A stretch of 64,000 nt of DNA, from assembly GCA_947629325.1 (NCBI GenBank), contig CANRDE010000001.1, positions 4,028 to 68,027 on the forward strand. Reading direction: 5' to 3'. Within the stretch, counting starts at the first letter, position 1. Each line of letters begins with the position of its first letter. This document shows positions 33,613-43,836 of this stretch, piece by piece. Source of the DNA: an uncultured Bacilli bacterium. Its GTDB lineage: Bacteria; Bacillota_I; Bacilli_A; RF39; UBA660. A program made the position numbers and the translations under genes. Below the pieces are notes generated by a model. The model saw only the letters and a program-made list of their open reading frames with translations. It was not told the DNA's origin and did not search any database.

Positions 33613-34765
33613 AGTCGCTTGGGGTATTTATAATCACATTATTTAAAATAAAATTTATTATTTCAGTTGTTTTTTTCTTTCTTGTCGCTCTATTCAAATG
33701 AGTATTATGCAAAACATTACACATTATTAAAACGATTATTTTTTGTTCAAAATCCATAACAAACATTGGCCCGGTATAACCGGAAAAAGTAATCGAATTT
33801 TGACTTAAACATAAAGGAACATCATTTATTTCTAAAATATTATTATGATATCGACACCCCATAAAATTATAAGTACTAGGTAAATACAAATCATTATGAG
33901 ATTTTTTTACTAATTTGTAAAGTTCGTTTACTTCTAAATCTTTATCTATATAACTTTTTAAAATTTTTAAATTATAATTATTAATATCGTGGTGTTGCAA
34001 CATTAGATTAATGGTTTCTTGCTTTAATAAAGAATAATCAAAAAAAGAAAGTAAAAATTTCATCATGTCTTCACCAGTCGAAAATAGTCCAGCATGACCC
34101 GTATATATTCCAAGTTCTTGCGCTTTTCTTGCCTTTTTGTCATGCACTACCCCCAATGGTAAATCAGTTATTATTTCTTCGTTTATGGCTTCAAAATTGC
34201 TAGAAGCACTATTTTTAGGATTGGGTTTAAAAGTTGTATTTTTTAAATGTAAGGGTTCTAAGATTTTTTGCTTAATTAATTCTTCAAAAGAACTTTTATA
34301 TATTTGTTCTAATATATTAGATAAAATAATATAGTCCACATCAACATAAGTTGGTATATCTTTTAAAACATAAGCTGAATATAATATATTATTGAATTCT
34401 TGGACAGTTTTAGCTTCTCCTAAATATCCTTTAGTATATAATTCTTGATTATGACATAATAAATCTAAAATTGTTACATCTTTTAAATATATAAATTTAT
34501 CATTTATCGAAAAAATACTTTGATTTAAATCCAAAAGGCTTTCCTCATATGCTTTGTATATTAATACTGCTGTAAACATTTTTGTTAAAGAAGCTATATC
34601 ATATAATGTGTTTTTGGATGTTGGCATTTTTCTAGGCCTAATACTTTTATTACCTAAGATAAATTCTAAATTGCTGCCATTAGAAAACGTTTCAATAACG
34701 TAGCCAGGAGAATGCGTATTTAAAAAAGATTTTTCTAAAAATTCTTGTAATTCATTCATAAACAT
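33608..34765 (-). CDS. beta-lactamase-family serine hydrolase
   Basis: SxxK active-site motif ASLTKMF near the N-terminus; class C / PBP-like hydrolase fold. Confidence 0.75.
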   Translation of the reverse strand: MFMNELQEFLEKSFLNTHSPGYVIETFSNGSNLEFILGNKSIRPRKMPTSKNTLYDIASLTKMFTAVLIYKAYEESLLDLNQSIFSINDKFIYLKDVTILDLLCHNQELYTKGYLGEAKTVQEFNNILYSAYVLKDIPTYVDVDYIILSNILEQIYKSSFEELIKQKILEPLHLKNTTFKPNPKNSASSNFEAINEEIITDLPLGVVHDKKARKAQELGIYTGHAGLFSTGEDMMKFLLSFFDYSLLKQETINLMLQHHDINNYNLKILKSYIDKDLEVNELYKLVKKSHNDLYLPSTYNFMGCRYHNNILEINDVPLCLSQNSITFSGYTGPMFVMDFEQKIIVLIMCNVLHNTHLNRATRKKKTTEIINFILNNVIINTPSDF

Positions 34766-34861
34766 TCTCCCTTTCTTATATTTTAATATTTATTAATTAA
34801 AAGCGCCTTTTTTATAAGTCGCTTTATATTTTACTCGCATTGCCCGAGTTTAACATCATAA

Positions 34862-34938
34862 TGGTGTTCTTGAAGGGAATCGAACCCTTGGCCTTACGCG
34901 TCGGAGGCGTACGCTCTATCCAACTGAGCTACAAGAAC
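34862..34938 (-). tRNA. tRNA-Arg (anticodon CCG)
   Basis: The reverse complement folds as a cloverleaf. Acceptor stem GTTCTTG/CAAGAAC, D-arm AGCTCAGTTGGATAGAGC, anticodon loop CTCCGAC, T-arm GGTTCGATTCC, then ACCA. Confidence 0.9.
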
Positions 34939-34989
34939 AACTTTATTATAACACATTAAAAGGACAAAATAAAAGTAGGCATTTGCCTA

Positions 34990-36042
34990 CTAAAATAATT
35001 TTATTACATCATTAATTGTTACAAATAAAATTAATAACATTAATAAGAAGAAACCAATCGTATGACATAAGTTTTCAAATTTTTGATTTACTGGACTTCC
35101 TTTTATTTTTTCTATTACTAAGAATAATATACGACCCCCATCAAAAGCTGGGAATGGAATAATATTAATAACGCCAACATTAATAGATAAATAAGCAATT
35201 AAATATATAACATAATAAATTCCATAATTAACACTTTGACCAACAACTGAATAAATTCCTACAGGACCCGATAAAGCATCAAGAGATATCTTTCCGGTTA
35301 CAAGTCCAGCAATTGTTAACCACATTGAAGAAACTGTAGCCCAGAATTGTTCAAAAGCATACCTAATTTTATTAAATAATCCATAAGTTTTGGCTTGGTT
35401 AATATTTACGCCAAAAACTTTGGTTTCAGTTCCATCTTCAGCTACTTCCGTTTTAGGAGTAATTTTATAATTTTCTATTTCGCCGTTTTCATGTTTAATG
35501 GCAAACTCATAATAAGTATTCTTATTTTTATAATATAATAAAATTTGTGCTTCATCCCATGTGCTGATTTTATTATTATTAATTGCTACAATAACATCGC
35601 CTTTTACAATACCAGCTTCTGCCATTGGATAACCTTCTAAAACTGATTCTATTTTCGGTTGTAAAGATTTGCTTCCCCAAAATAAAGCTATAACAAATAA
35701 CAAGACGATAGCCATGATAAAGTTATTTATAACTCCGGCAGCCATTACAATTATTCTTTGCCAAATAGGTTTATTACATAGACATTTTTCTTTAGGGACA
35801 CTCTTATCATCTTCATAAACTTCACCAGCCATGGAAACAAAACCACCAATTGGTAAGGCTCTAATATTGTATGTTATACCATCTTTTTTTCTTTTATGGG
35901 AATATATTACAGGACCCATTCCTATAGAAAATTCATAAATATATACACCAAATTTTTTTGCCCATAAGAAATGACCCAATTCATGCACTAAAACAATTAT
36001 TCCTAAAATAAATATAAACAACAATAATGTTAACACCCACAT
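34990..36042 (-). CDS. rseP: RIP site-2 metalloprotease RseP/RasP
   Basis: HELGHF zinc motif, PDZ domain and a C-terminal LDG motif. Confidence 0.9.
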   Translation of the reverse strand: MWVLTLLLFIFILGIIVLVHELGHFLWAKKFGVYIYEFSIGMGPVIYSHKRKKDGITYNIRALPIGGFVSMAGEVYEDDKSVPKEKCLCNKPIWQRIIVMAAGVINNFIMAIVLLFVIALFWGSKSLQPKIESVLEGYPMAEAGIVKGDVIVAINNNKISTWDEAQILLYYKNKNTYYEFAIKHENGEIENYKITPKTEVAEDGTETKVFGVNINQAKTYGLFNKIRYAFEQFWATVSSMWLTIAGLVTGKISLDALSGPVGIYSVVGQSVNYGIYYVIYLIAYLSINVGVINIIPFPAFDGGRILFLVIEKIKGSPVNQKFENLCHTIGFFLLMLLILFVTINDVIKLF

Positions 36043-36055
36043 ATAAATCCTCCTC

Positions 36056-36844
36056 TTAGATACTTATTAAAATAACATATGTCATTAACACAAAAGTTAA
36101 ACTGTCAATACGATCTAAAATACCACCATGCCCTGGCATAATATTAGAAAAATCTTTAATATCATTTTCTCTTTTAATCTTACTGAAAACAAAATCACCC
36201 ATTTGACTAACAACAGATAGAATAATGGTAATTAAAATTATTTTTAAATTGATCTCGCCTAGTAAAGCAGCATATAAAATAACTGATATTGTAGCTCCCC
36301 CAATTAGACCGCCAATAGCTCCTTCCCAAGATTTATTAGGACTTATAGAAGGACATATTTTATGTTTTCCAATTAATCTTCCTATTAAATATGCAAAAGT
36401 ATCAGTTAATATAGTAATGCTTATTAAATAAATTAAAAGGTTAATATCCATATTTCTTATAATTATTAAAAGATTAAAAACCAAACCAATTAAATAAATG
36501 AAACCAATCAAATTGAAAGCATCTTTGGCCTGATATTTTTCCTTTTTATAAAATATTACAGGCAATAATAGAAATATTAATGGAATTAATAATTTAGAAT
36601 AACTTAATGCTCCAGATAAGGTGGCTTTTTCATAATTACCTAAAATTAAATATAATAGTGATAGCATACCTAATATTTTAACAAAATTAGGAATTTCATT
36701 GTGGAATTTTTTTAAGTCCAAAAGCTCTTTATAAGCAAGTAAGCTTATAACTCCTACGCCAAAAGCAAAAATTGAACCACCAAAATAAATTAAGGGAATA
36801 ACAATTAATAACGCTACAACGGCACTTATTACTCTAGTTTTCAT
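36056..36844 (-). CDS. cdsA: phosphatidate cytidylyltransferase
   Basis: Polytopic membrane protein with the CTP-transferase signature near the C-terminus (SxxKRxxxxKDxxxxxPGHGGxxDRxD). Confidence 0.85.
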   Translation of the reverse strand: MKTRVISAVVALLIVIPLIYFGGSIFAFGVGVISLLAYKELLDLKKFHNEIPNFVKILGMLSLLYLILGNYEKATLSGALSYSKLLIPLIFLLLPVIFYKKEKYQAKDAFNLIGFIYLIGLVFNLLIIIRNMDINLLIYLISITILTDTFAYLIGRLIGKHKICPSISPNKSWEGAIGGLIGGATISVILYAALLGEINLKIILITIILSVVSQMGDFVFSKIKRENDIKDFSNIMPGHGGILDRIDSLTFVLMTYVILISI

Positions 36845-36927
36845 TATACCTCCTTAACATTATATTCTATAATCAAGTATACTATTATTTAGAAATTTAG
36901 TAAAGAAAAAGCGTAGTTTAATCTACA

Positions 36928-37362
36928 CTAATTATCTAAATCTAATTTTTCAACTTCATCAAGTTGTTCTTCCAAAATATTCTTATATCTTCTTTTATAT
37001 TGGGCTACTTGCCTTCTTAAATTATTAGCAGCTTCTTCTACTTTATCTACCTTGAGTAAAGCATTATTTATTATTCTTGAAGCATTCTTTTTAGCATCTT
37101 CAACGATAAGTTTAGATTCTTCTATAGCAGATTTTTTTATATTTTGAGAAGATTCTTCTGCAATAACTAAGGCTCTATTTAATGTTCGTTCTAAATTTTT
37201 ATAATGGTCCAATTCTTTTTTTAAATTAGCAATTTCTTGATCGCGAGCTTTTAAATTATTTAGCATACTTTCATATTCAGTTGTTACATTTTTAACAAAA
37301 GAATTTACTTCATTTTTATTATAACCCGGAAAACTATTATTAAATTTTCTCAATTCACTCAC
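36928..37362 (-). CDS. divIVA: DivIVA-domain cell-division protein
   Basis: N-terminal F-x-x-x-F-PGYNKNEVNSFV motif followed by coiled coil. Confidence 0.8.
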   Translation of the reverse strand: MSELRKFNNSFPGYNKNEVNSFVKNVTTEYESMLNNLKARDQEIANLKKELDHYKNLERTLNRALVIAEESSQNIKKSAIEESKLIVEDAKKNASRIINNALLKVDKVEEAANNLRRQVAQYKRRYKNILEEQLDEVEKLDLDN

Positions 37363-37374
37363 AACCGTTTCTTA

Positions 37375-37785
37375 TTACCACTCTAATTCGTCTTCAGCTC
37401 CACTTTTGGCTTTATCATTATCATCAGTAATCTTACCTTGTACATTAACATTTTTAGGGGTGCATAAATAAATTCCCACACCTATTTTTTGCATATTTCC
37501 ACTTATAGCATAAATACATCCACTTAGAAAATCAATTATTCTTTTAGCTTGACTAGAAGTAACTCTCTTTAAATTAACAACAACACTGTTTCGAGATTTT
37601 AAATGATCCGCAATAGCCTGTGCTTCAGAAAAAGAACGAGGTTCTAATAAAATCATTTTATTACCTACTTTATCGGCTTCTTTCAAAGCTTCTGCTTCAG
37701 AAACTGCATAATATTCATCTTCTGTACCAATTACTTCACTATCTTCATCATTTTTAAATAAATCTTTTAATTTACCGAGTGCCAT
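37375..37785 (-). CDS. sepF: cell division protein SepF
   Basis: Conserved SepF C-domain (LLEPRSFSEAQAIADHLKSRNSVVVNL...IDFLSG). Confidence 0.8.
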   Translation of the reverse strand: MALGKLKDLFKNDEDSEVIGTEDEYYAVSEAEALKEADKVGNKMILLEPRSFSEAQAIADHLKSRNSVVVNLKRVTSSQAKRIIDFLSGCIYAISGNMQKIGVGIYLCTPKNVNVQGKITDDNDKAKSGAEDELEW

Positions 37786-37841
37786 ACTTATCCTCCATAC
37801 TATCTAGATTACTATTTTATTCTATCAAATAAATATTATTT

Positions 37842-39218
37842 TTACAAGACTATTTTACTTTCAATGTAATCTTTTATCTCTTCTATATTAATAGTTACTT
37901 GTTTCATTGTATCTCTATCTCTAATTGTTACCGTATTATTATTTAGACTATTGTCATCAACTGTTATGGCAAAAGGAGTTCCGATAGCATCACATCTGCG
38001 ATATCTTTTGCCAATGCTTCCGGCTTCATCATAAGTGCAACTAAAATATTTGCTCAACATATTGTATATATCGTTAGCTTTTTCCGCATGAAACTTTTTA
38101 ACCAATGGTAAAATAGTGGCTTTTATCGGTGCTAAAGCAGGTTTAATTTTTAAAACTAATCTTTCCTCATCATCAACTACTTCCTTTTGATAAGCATCAG
38201 TTAAAATACTCAAAAAAATTCGATCGACACCTACCGCCGGTTCAATTACATAAGGCAAATATTTTTCATTGGTCTCGGGATCTAAATAACGCAAATCTTC
38301 GCCGGAATGTTTCATATGAACCGCTAAATCATAAGAAGTTCGATCAGCTATTCCCCATAGCTCTCCCCAACCAAAAGAATAATTATATTCTATATCCGTA
38401 GTTGCCTTACTATAAAAAGTTAATTCTTCTTTAGCATGATCTCTAAATCTTAAATTCTCTTCTTTTAAACCTAATAATTTTAAAAAATCCCAACAATAAT
38501 TTTTCCAAAATCCAAACCATTCTAAATCAGTATTAGGTTTGCAAAAAAATTCTAACTCCATTTGTTCAAATTCCCTAGTTCTAAAAATAAAGTTTCCGGG
38601 AGTAATTTCATTTCGAAAGCTTTTGCCATATTGTCCTACTCCAAAAGGAACTTTAGCTCTCATACTTCTTTCAATATTTTTAAAATTAACAAATATACCT
38701 TGAGCAGTTTCCCCTCTTAAATATAATTTACTTTTAGCATCTTCCGTAACTCCCTGACTAGTTTCAAATAACAAATTAAACTTTCGAATATCAGTAAATT
38801 CTTTACTACCACATTTAGGACAACCAATTCCTTTTTCTTTAATTAATTTAATTAGTTCTTCTTCACTTAAACCATCGCCGGTAATTTTTCCTTTGGTAAA
38901 ATCTTCAATTAATTTATCAGCCCGATAACGACTTTTACATTGTTTACAATCGATAAGGGGGTCAGAAAATGAAGCAACGTGACCTGAGGCTATCCAAACT
39001 TTAGGATTCATTAAAATGGCAGAATCTAAGCCATAATTATAAGGGCATTCTTGAATAAATTTCTTCCACCATAAATTTTTAATATTTTGCTTTAATAAAA
39101 CACCTAAAGGACCATAATCCCAAGCATTGGCAAGCCCTCCATATATTTCACTTCCTTGAAAAACAAATCCATATTGTTTTGCATAATTTACTAATTCTTC
39201 CATTGTAACTTTTTCCAT
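37842..39218 (-). CDS. glyQS: glycine--tRNA ligase (alpha2 class II type)
   Basis: Class II motifs and 458 aa. GGAGAAAT RBS. Preceded by a T-box leader. Confidence 0.9.
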   Translation of the reverse strand: MEKVTMEELVNYAKQYGFVFQGSEIYGGLANAWDYGPLGVLLKQNIKNLWWKKFIQECPYNYGLDSAILMNPKVWIASGHVASFSDPLIDCKQCKSRYRADKLIEDFTKGKITGDGLSEEELIKLIKEKGIGCPKCGSKEFTDIRKFNLLFETSQGVTEDAKSKLYLRGETAQGIFVNFKNIERSMRAKVPFGVGQYGKSFRNEITPGNFIFRTREFEQMELEFFCKPNTDLEWFGFWKNYCWDFLKLLGLKEENLRFRDHAKEELTFYSKATTDIEYNYSFGWGELWGIADRTSYDLAVHMKHSGEDLRYLDPETNEKYLPYVIEPAVGVDRIFLSILTDAYQKEVVDDEERLVLKIKPALAPIKATILPLVKKFHAEKANDIYNMLSKYFSCTYDEAGSIGKRYRRCDAIGTPFAITVDDNSLNNNTVTIRDRDTMKQVTINIEEIKDYIESKIVL

Positions 39219-39369
39219 ATATTTCTCCTTTAAATAAAAAACTTCTAGTAAATATAAGGACGAAATTATTCCGTGGTTCCACCTTATTTTATTCTAGAAG
39301 AATCTCTCATATTATATAGCTCGGGTTTTCCACACCGTCATCACTTGTATCAATATCATTATATATTAA
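39219..39369 (-). promoter_or_regulatory. T-box riboswitch leader of glyQS
   Basis: The minus strand carries AGAGA, then AAUAAGGUGGAACCACGG (T-box consensus AGGGUGGNACCGCGG). A large terminator helix CUUCUAG...CUAGAAG follows, then UUUUUU immediately before the RBS. Confidence 0.65.
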
Positions 39370-40011
39370 CTATTTTATTTTATCAACCAATTCTGTTAAT
39401 TTCTTCGCTTCATTACTATTGATTTTTATATATTTTAAATAACAATCTGAGCATAGTGGAACATATTCATATTCTTCTTTTGTTCCATCATCTATAACCA
39501 AATCTGGTCCAACATCAGTAAATTTATCATTTTCTTTTCGCGCATTAAATATAGCTTTTTTACCACATCTACATAAACTACTACTACCAATTTCTTCAAC
39601 ATGATCAGCCATTGCAAATATTTGGGAAATACCATCACTAAAAATATTACCTTTAAAATTACTTCTTAAACCATAACAAATAACCGGAACATTTATTAAA
39701 TGAGCAATCATCCATAATTCTTTTATTTGTTTAGCATTCAATAACTCTACTTCATCAACTAAAATAGCTTTGGCAGTATAATAGATTTGATAATATTTTT
39801 CTTGGAATAATGTTTCATCTTCTTTTAAACAAATGTCTGCTTTTCTACTCATTCCATTTAAAGATAAAATATTATCTTTACCTTTAGTATCTTTAGTAGA
39901 TTTTATTAATACTACTTTAAAATTATTTTCTTCATAGCTATAAATAGTTTGTAAAATATTAATTGTTTTACCACCATTCATTGCACTATACTTATACACC
40001 ATATCAGCCAT
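39370..40011 (-). CDS. tdk: thymidine kinase
   Basis: P-loop SAMNGGKT and a C-terminal Zn ribbon CRCGK...CSDCY. Confidence 0.85.
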   Translation of the reverse strand: MADMVYKYSAMNGGKTINILQTIYSYEENNFKVVLIKSTKDTKGKDNILSLNGMSRKADICLKEDETLFQEKYYQIYYTAKAILVDEVELLNAKQIKELWMIAHLINVPVICYGLRSNFKGNIFSDGISQIFAMADHVEEIGSSSLCRCGKKAIFNARKENDKFTDVGPDLVIDDGTKEEYEYVPLCSDCYLKYIKINSNEAKKLTELVDKIK

Positions 40012-40116
40012 AACATCACCCTAATTAAAGTATAAAATAAATTATTTTTTATTTCAACCAAAAAACATTATTTACATTTTAACCTACAATTACCTTCAGC
40101 ATCTTTTTAAACATAA

Positions 40117-41310
40117 TTATTTTTGTTCTTTAGAATTTTTTTTAAGTGTTAAGTTTGGAATTATTTTTCGAGTATTTATTTCTTCATTTGGCATATTTTC
40201 TACTACTTTTATTAAATCAGTAACAAACTGATCTTTATTATTTTCTTTTTTATTGATTATTCCTTCTATTAAATCATTAAAATGAGGATTGAAAGAAATA
40301 CATTGATTATTTTCTAAATATATTTCTAGTTTTAATTCTCTACCTAATATCATTTTAGAAAGATTATTAAAAGTTTTATACAAACTTAAATTTTTTAAAA
40401 CTAAACTCTTTAAATATTCATACATTCTTTCTTTTTCATCTTCAGAAGTTAAGACTTGTTTTAATGCTAATAAATCTTCTTTACTTCCCGCAATAATTTT
40501 AACTAATTTAAACGCTACTTCTAAATTTTCTCCTAACAAAAGATACGTGCTTCTTAAATCTATAATATCTTCTATACCATTTATTGCTTTGGCCATTTCT
40601 AATGCGGCATCATAATCCACTATTGGTCCTTTTTCATAATACCTTAAAATACATTTGGCATTAAATTCTTGAGGAGATTCTTTTAAAATTTGAACAAATG
40701 ACAGAATAAAATTTAAATCAACCCTATTTTCGTTATGCAAAAAAACACTTATTAAAAATATACTAATATATTCAGAATTAAATTCTTGTTTAGTATCTTT
40801 TAAGATATTAGCCAATAATAAACTTATACCTGATTTTAAAATATTTTCATTTATTAAAATGTTACTAATTTTATAACCATTAAAACTACCTTTTACAGTA
40901 CTAACTATTTTAGCCCCCTCTAAAGCAACACCATAATTTATTGCATTAACATCAGTTAATATTTCACATGCTGCTATGGCATTTGCCTCTAAATCTATAG
41001 TATTTATTATTTTTGCTCCTTCTAATGCTATATTTTCCCTAATCGCTTTTTTGTTTAATAAAATATTAACTACATAGTCTCTTTGCATAGAATTACTATT
41101 TTGGAAAATGTTTAAAGCTTCGCATATTTCATCTACTGTTTTATATGGAGAAATAGCAATTTCAATTCCATCTCTTATAAGAGATTCATCTAAATTTTTT
41201 ATTTTAATTAATATTCTATAACTTTTTTGTAATAATTTTTTTAATTTAGTGGGAGGAATATGAAGACCATTAAGTTTATATAGTAATGATAACATTAACT
41301 CTTTTTTCAT
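40117..41310 (-). CDS. repeat protein, paralog A (397 aa) of a three-gene tandem family
   Basis: Contains ~35-aa repeats with core G(I/V)ALEGAKI(I/V)..(S/T)....FN. N- and C-terminal domains are shared with 42757..43767. Confidence 0.6.
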   Translation of the reverse strand: MKKELMLSLLYKLNGLHIPPTKLKKLLQKSYRILIKIKNLDESLIRDGIEIAISPYKTVDEICEALNIFQNSNSMQRDYVVNILLNKKAIRENIALEGAKIINTIDLEANAIAACEILTDVNAINYGVALEGAKIVSTVKGSFNGYKISNILINENILKSGISLLLANILKDTKQEFNSEYISIFLISVFLHNENRVDLNFILSFVQILKESPQEFNAKCILRYYEKGPIVDYDAALEMAKAINGIEDIIDLRSTYLLLGENLEVAFKLVKIIAGSKEDLLALKQVLTSEDEKERMYEYLKSLVLKNLSLYKTFNNLSKMILGRELKLEIYLENNQCISFNPHFNDLIEGIINKKENNKDQFVTDLIKVVENMPNEEINTRKIIPNLTLKKNSKEQK

Positions 41311-41434
41311 TATTTATCTCCTTATCTTAGCCAGTATTATATCATATTTTTTTATTAGTAAACATTTAGTCCCCTCTAATTTTAGTATAAAATAAATTAA
41401 AAATTACTACAATCAAAAATTAAAGAAAAGTTAA

Positions 41435-42745
41435 TCATTTTTCCGTATTATCTGATTTTCTGTTTTCTCGGATTAATTTTAAAGCTATATCACAAGAAGA
41501 AATATTTTGATCCGGCATATTTTCAACTACTTTTATTATATCAGATATTGCATCACTATTAGTTTTCCTACTTGCTTTTGATTCTTGATCTAATCTTATT
41601 TCTTCATTCAACAAAGATTTGGCTAAGATATTAGCAGTTAAAATAAAGTGAGGATTTTCTAAAACTAAATTTCTTAAATATAAATATATTTCTGTCCTCT
41701 TTTCGCTAGAATTTAATTCGCTTTTTAAATTATCTAAATCCTTTTTTGATCCCATTAATATTTTTATCATATTAAAAGATAAAAGAGACTCTTGAGACAA
41801 TAAATATACATAATTATAATTTACTTGGTGAAATTCAAACATTCTAGCCGTCTTTAATACCTCCATCGGATTAATAATGGAAAGCATTTTAAAAAGTTTA
41901 ACAACACAGCGAGCTGCATTTGGATTTAAACAATTATTAACAATTTTAACCCCTTCCAAAGCAATACCACTGGTGATAGCCATATTATTTCTTAAAATAT
42001 CATACCCGCACTCTGCATTATATGGATTCAAAGATTTTGCTATAATTTGAGCCGCATCTAAAGCAATTCCCGCTTTTATTAAATTTTCATTATTTAAAAT
42101 ATTTTTGATAAAAAAGGCATTAAATTCATTTTGAGACCGACTAATTATTTTAGCCCCAGAAATAGCTAAAGCAGCTTTATTCATTTTTTCATCAATTAAA
42201 AAATAATAAATATATTTTGCTTGAAATTCTTCTGAAGCTTGACTAAGTATTTTAACTCCTTCCATATTGATAGTATTAACTTCTTTAAATAACAAATATT
42301 TTAAAAGGTAATAAGCATTAGATATATTAATAGTTTCATTAATTAATTTAGCATACTTTAAAGCAATTCCCGCCTGCAAAAACGATTTGTTTTGTAAAGC
42401 TTCAGTAACAAATCGCGCATTAAAAGTTTGCTTAGATGATCTTATTAGATAAGCCCCTTCTAATGCTAGTCCCATTTTTATAATATTTTCATCTTGCAAG
42501 ACGCACCTTATATAACATCTATTAGTTGTGGATTGCTTTAATATTCGCAAAGCTTCTAAAATAGTATTAATATTATCATAAGGGGCTAAGATTATTTTAA
42601 CACTATCTTCTATTAGGGACTCTTCCATGTTATTTAATTCTCTTAATAATAATTCTTCCTTAGTTAGCAAAATCTCGACATCGTCAACATTAATATGTAA
42701 TTTTTGCATCTTTTTTAACAAAGACAAAATTATTTCTTTTTTCAT
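41435..42745 (-). CDS. repeat protein, paralog B (436 aa), five repeat units
   Basis: Same architecture as paralog A but more divergent. Repeats GLALEGAYLI, GIALKYAKLI, ALAISGAKII, GIALDAAQII, GIALEGVKIV. Confidence 0.6.
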   Translation of the reverse strand: MKKEIILSLLKKMQKLHINVDDVEILLTKEELLLRELNNMEESLIEDSVKIILAPYDNINTILEALRILKQSTTNRCYIRCVLQDENIIKMGLALEGAYLIRSSKQTFNARFVTEALQNKSFLQAGIALKYAKLINETINISNAYYLLKYLLFKEVNTINMEGVKILSQASEEFQAKYIYYFLIDEKMNKAALAISGAKIISRSQNEFNAFFIKNILNNENLIKAGIALDAAQIIAKSLNPYNAECGYDILRNNMAITSGIALEGVKIVNNCLNPNAARCVVKLFKMLSIINPMEVLKTARMFEFHQVNYNYVYLLSQESLLSFNMIKILMGSKKDLDNLKSELNSSEKRTEIYLYLRNLVLENPHFILTANILAKSLLNEEIRLDQESKASRKTNSDAISDIIKVVENMPDQNISSCDIALKLIRENRKSDNTEK

Positions 42746-42756
42746 ATAAACCTTTT

Positions 42757-43767
42757 TTAATTACCTTGATTATCAAAAGGATTTTTAAGAGTTAATTGGA
42801 GCTCATCAGGCATATTAATAGATGCTTTTATTAAGTTTGCAACATCAGGATTAATAGGAGTAATATATCTAATAAATTTTGCTTCGATAATTATTTCTCT
42901 ACCTAATATAATTTTAGAAAGATTATTAAAAGTTTTATACAAATTTAAATTTTTTAAAACTACACTTTTTAAATATTCATACATTCTTTCTTTTTCATCT
43001 TCAGAAATTAAGACTTGTTTTAAAGCTATTAAATCTTCTTTTCTTCCTGCAATAATTCCAATTAATTTAAACGCTACTTCTAAATTTTCTCCTAACAAAA
43101 GATACGTGCTTCTTAAATCTATAAAATCTTCTATACCATTTATCGCTTTGGCCATTTCTAATGTGGCATCATAATCCATTATTGGCCCTTTTTCATAATA
43201 CCTTAATATACATCTAACATTAAATTCTTGAGGAGATGCTTTTAAAATTTGAACAAATGACAGAATAAAATTTAAATCAATATTATTTTCATTAGTCTCA
43301 AAAACTTTTGTTAAAAATTCACATATATAACTAGAATTAACACTTTGTTTAGTATCTTTTAAGATATTTGCCACCATTAAACCAATTCCAGATTTTAATA
43401 TATTTACATTAGTTAAAATACGACTAATATGACTACCATTAAAACTATCTTTTACAGTACTAATTATCTCAGCTCCTTCTAAAGCTATTCCTTTCTTAAT
43501 TGCTTCTTTATTTAATAAAATCATAACTACGTAGTCCCTTTGCATAGGATCACTATTTTGATAAATATTTAAAGCAGTAATTATTTCCTCGGTAGTTTTA
43601 TATGGAGAAGTGGCAATTGCAATTCCTTCTTCTATAAGAGGCTCATCTAAATTATTTATTTTAATTAATACTTCACTACTTCTTTGCATTAATTTTTTTA
43701 ATGTAATAGGTGAAAAATTATAACCTTGCAATTTATTTAATAAAGATACTATTAATTCTTTTTTCAT
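42757..43767 (-). CDS. repeat protein, paralog C (336 aa)
   Basis: Near-duplicate of paralog A; long identical nucleotide runs are visible. Only 11 nt separate it from paralog B. Confidence 0.6.
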   Translation of the reverse strand: MKKELIVSLLNKLQGYNFSPITLKKLMQRSSEVLIKINNLDEPLIEEGIAIATSPYKTTEEIITALNIYQNSDPMQRDYVVMILLNKEAIKKGIALEGAEIISTVKDSFNGSHISRILTNVNILKSGIGLMVANILKDTKQSVNSSYICEFLTKVFETNENNIDLNFILSFVQILKASPQEFNVRCILRYYEKGPIMDYDATLEMAKAINGIEDFIDLRSTYLLLGENLEVAFKLIGIIAGRKEDLIALKQVLISEDEKERMYEYLKSVVLKNLNLYKTFNNLSKIILGREIIIEAKFIRYITPINPDVANLIKASINMPDELQLTLKNPFDNQGN

Positions 43768-43836
43768 TATTTTTCTCCTTTTTTCCGCTAATATATTATA
43801 GCAATAATCGTTTTATTGCAAGAAAAAACTCTATTT

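Noticed and set aside
34790-34850. Hairpin-like AAAGCG…CGCTTT element downstream of tRNA-Arg
   Set aside because: It is only a 6-bp stem with a 14-nt loop and a weak U-run. That is not convincing as a terminator.
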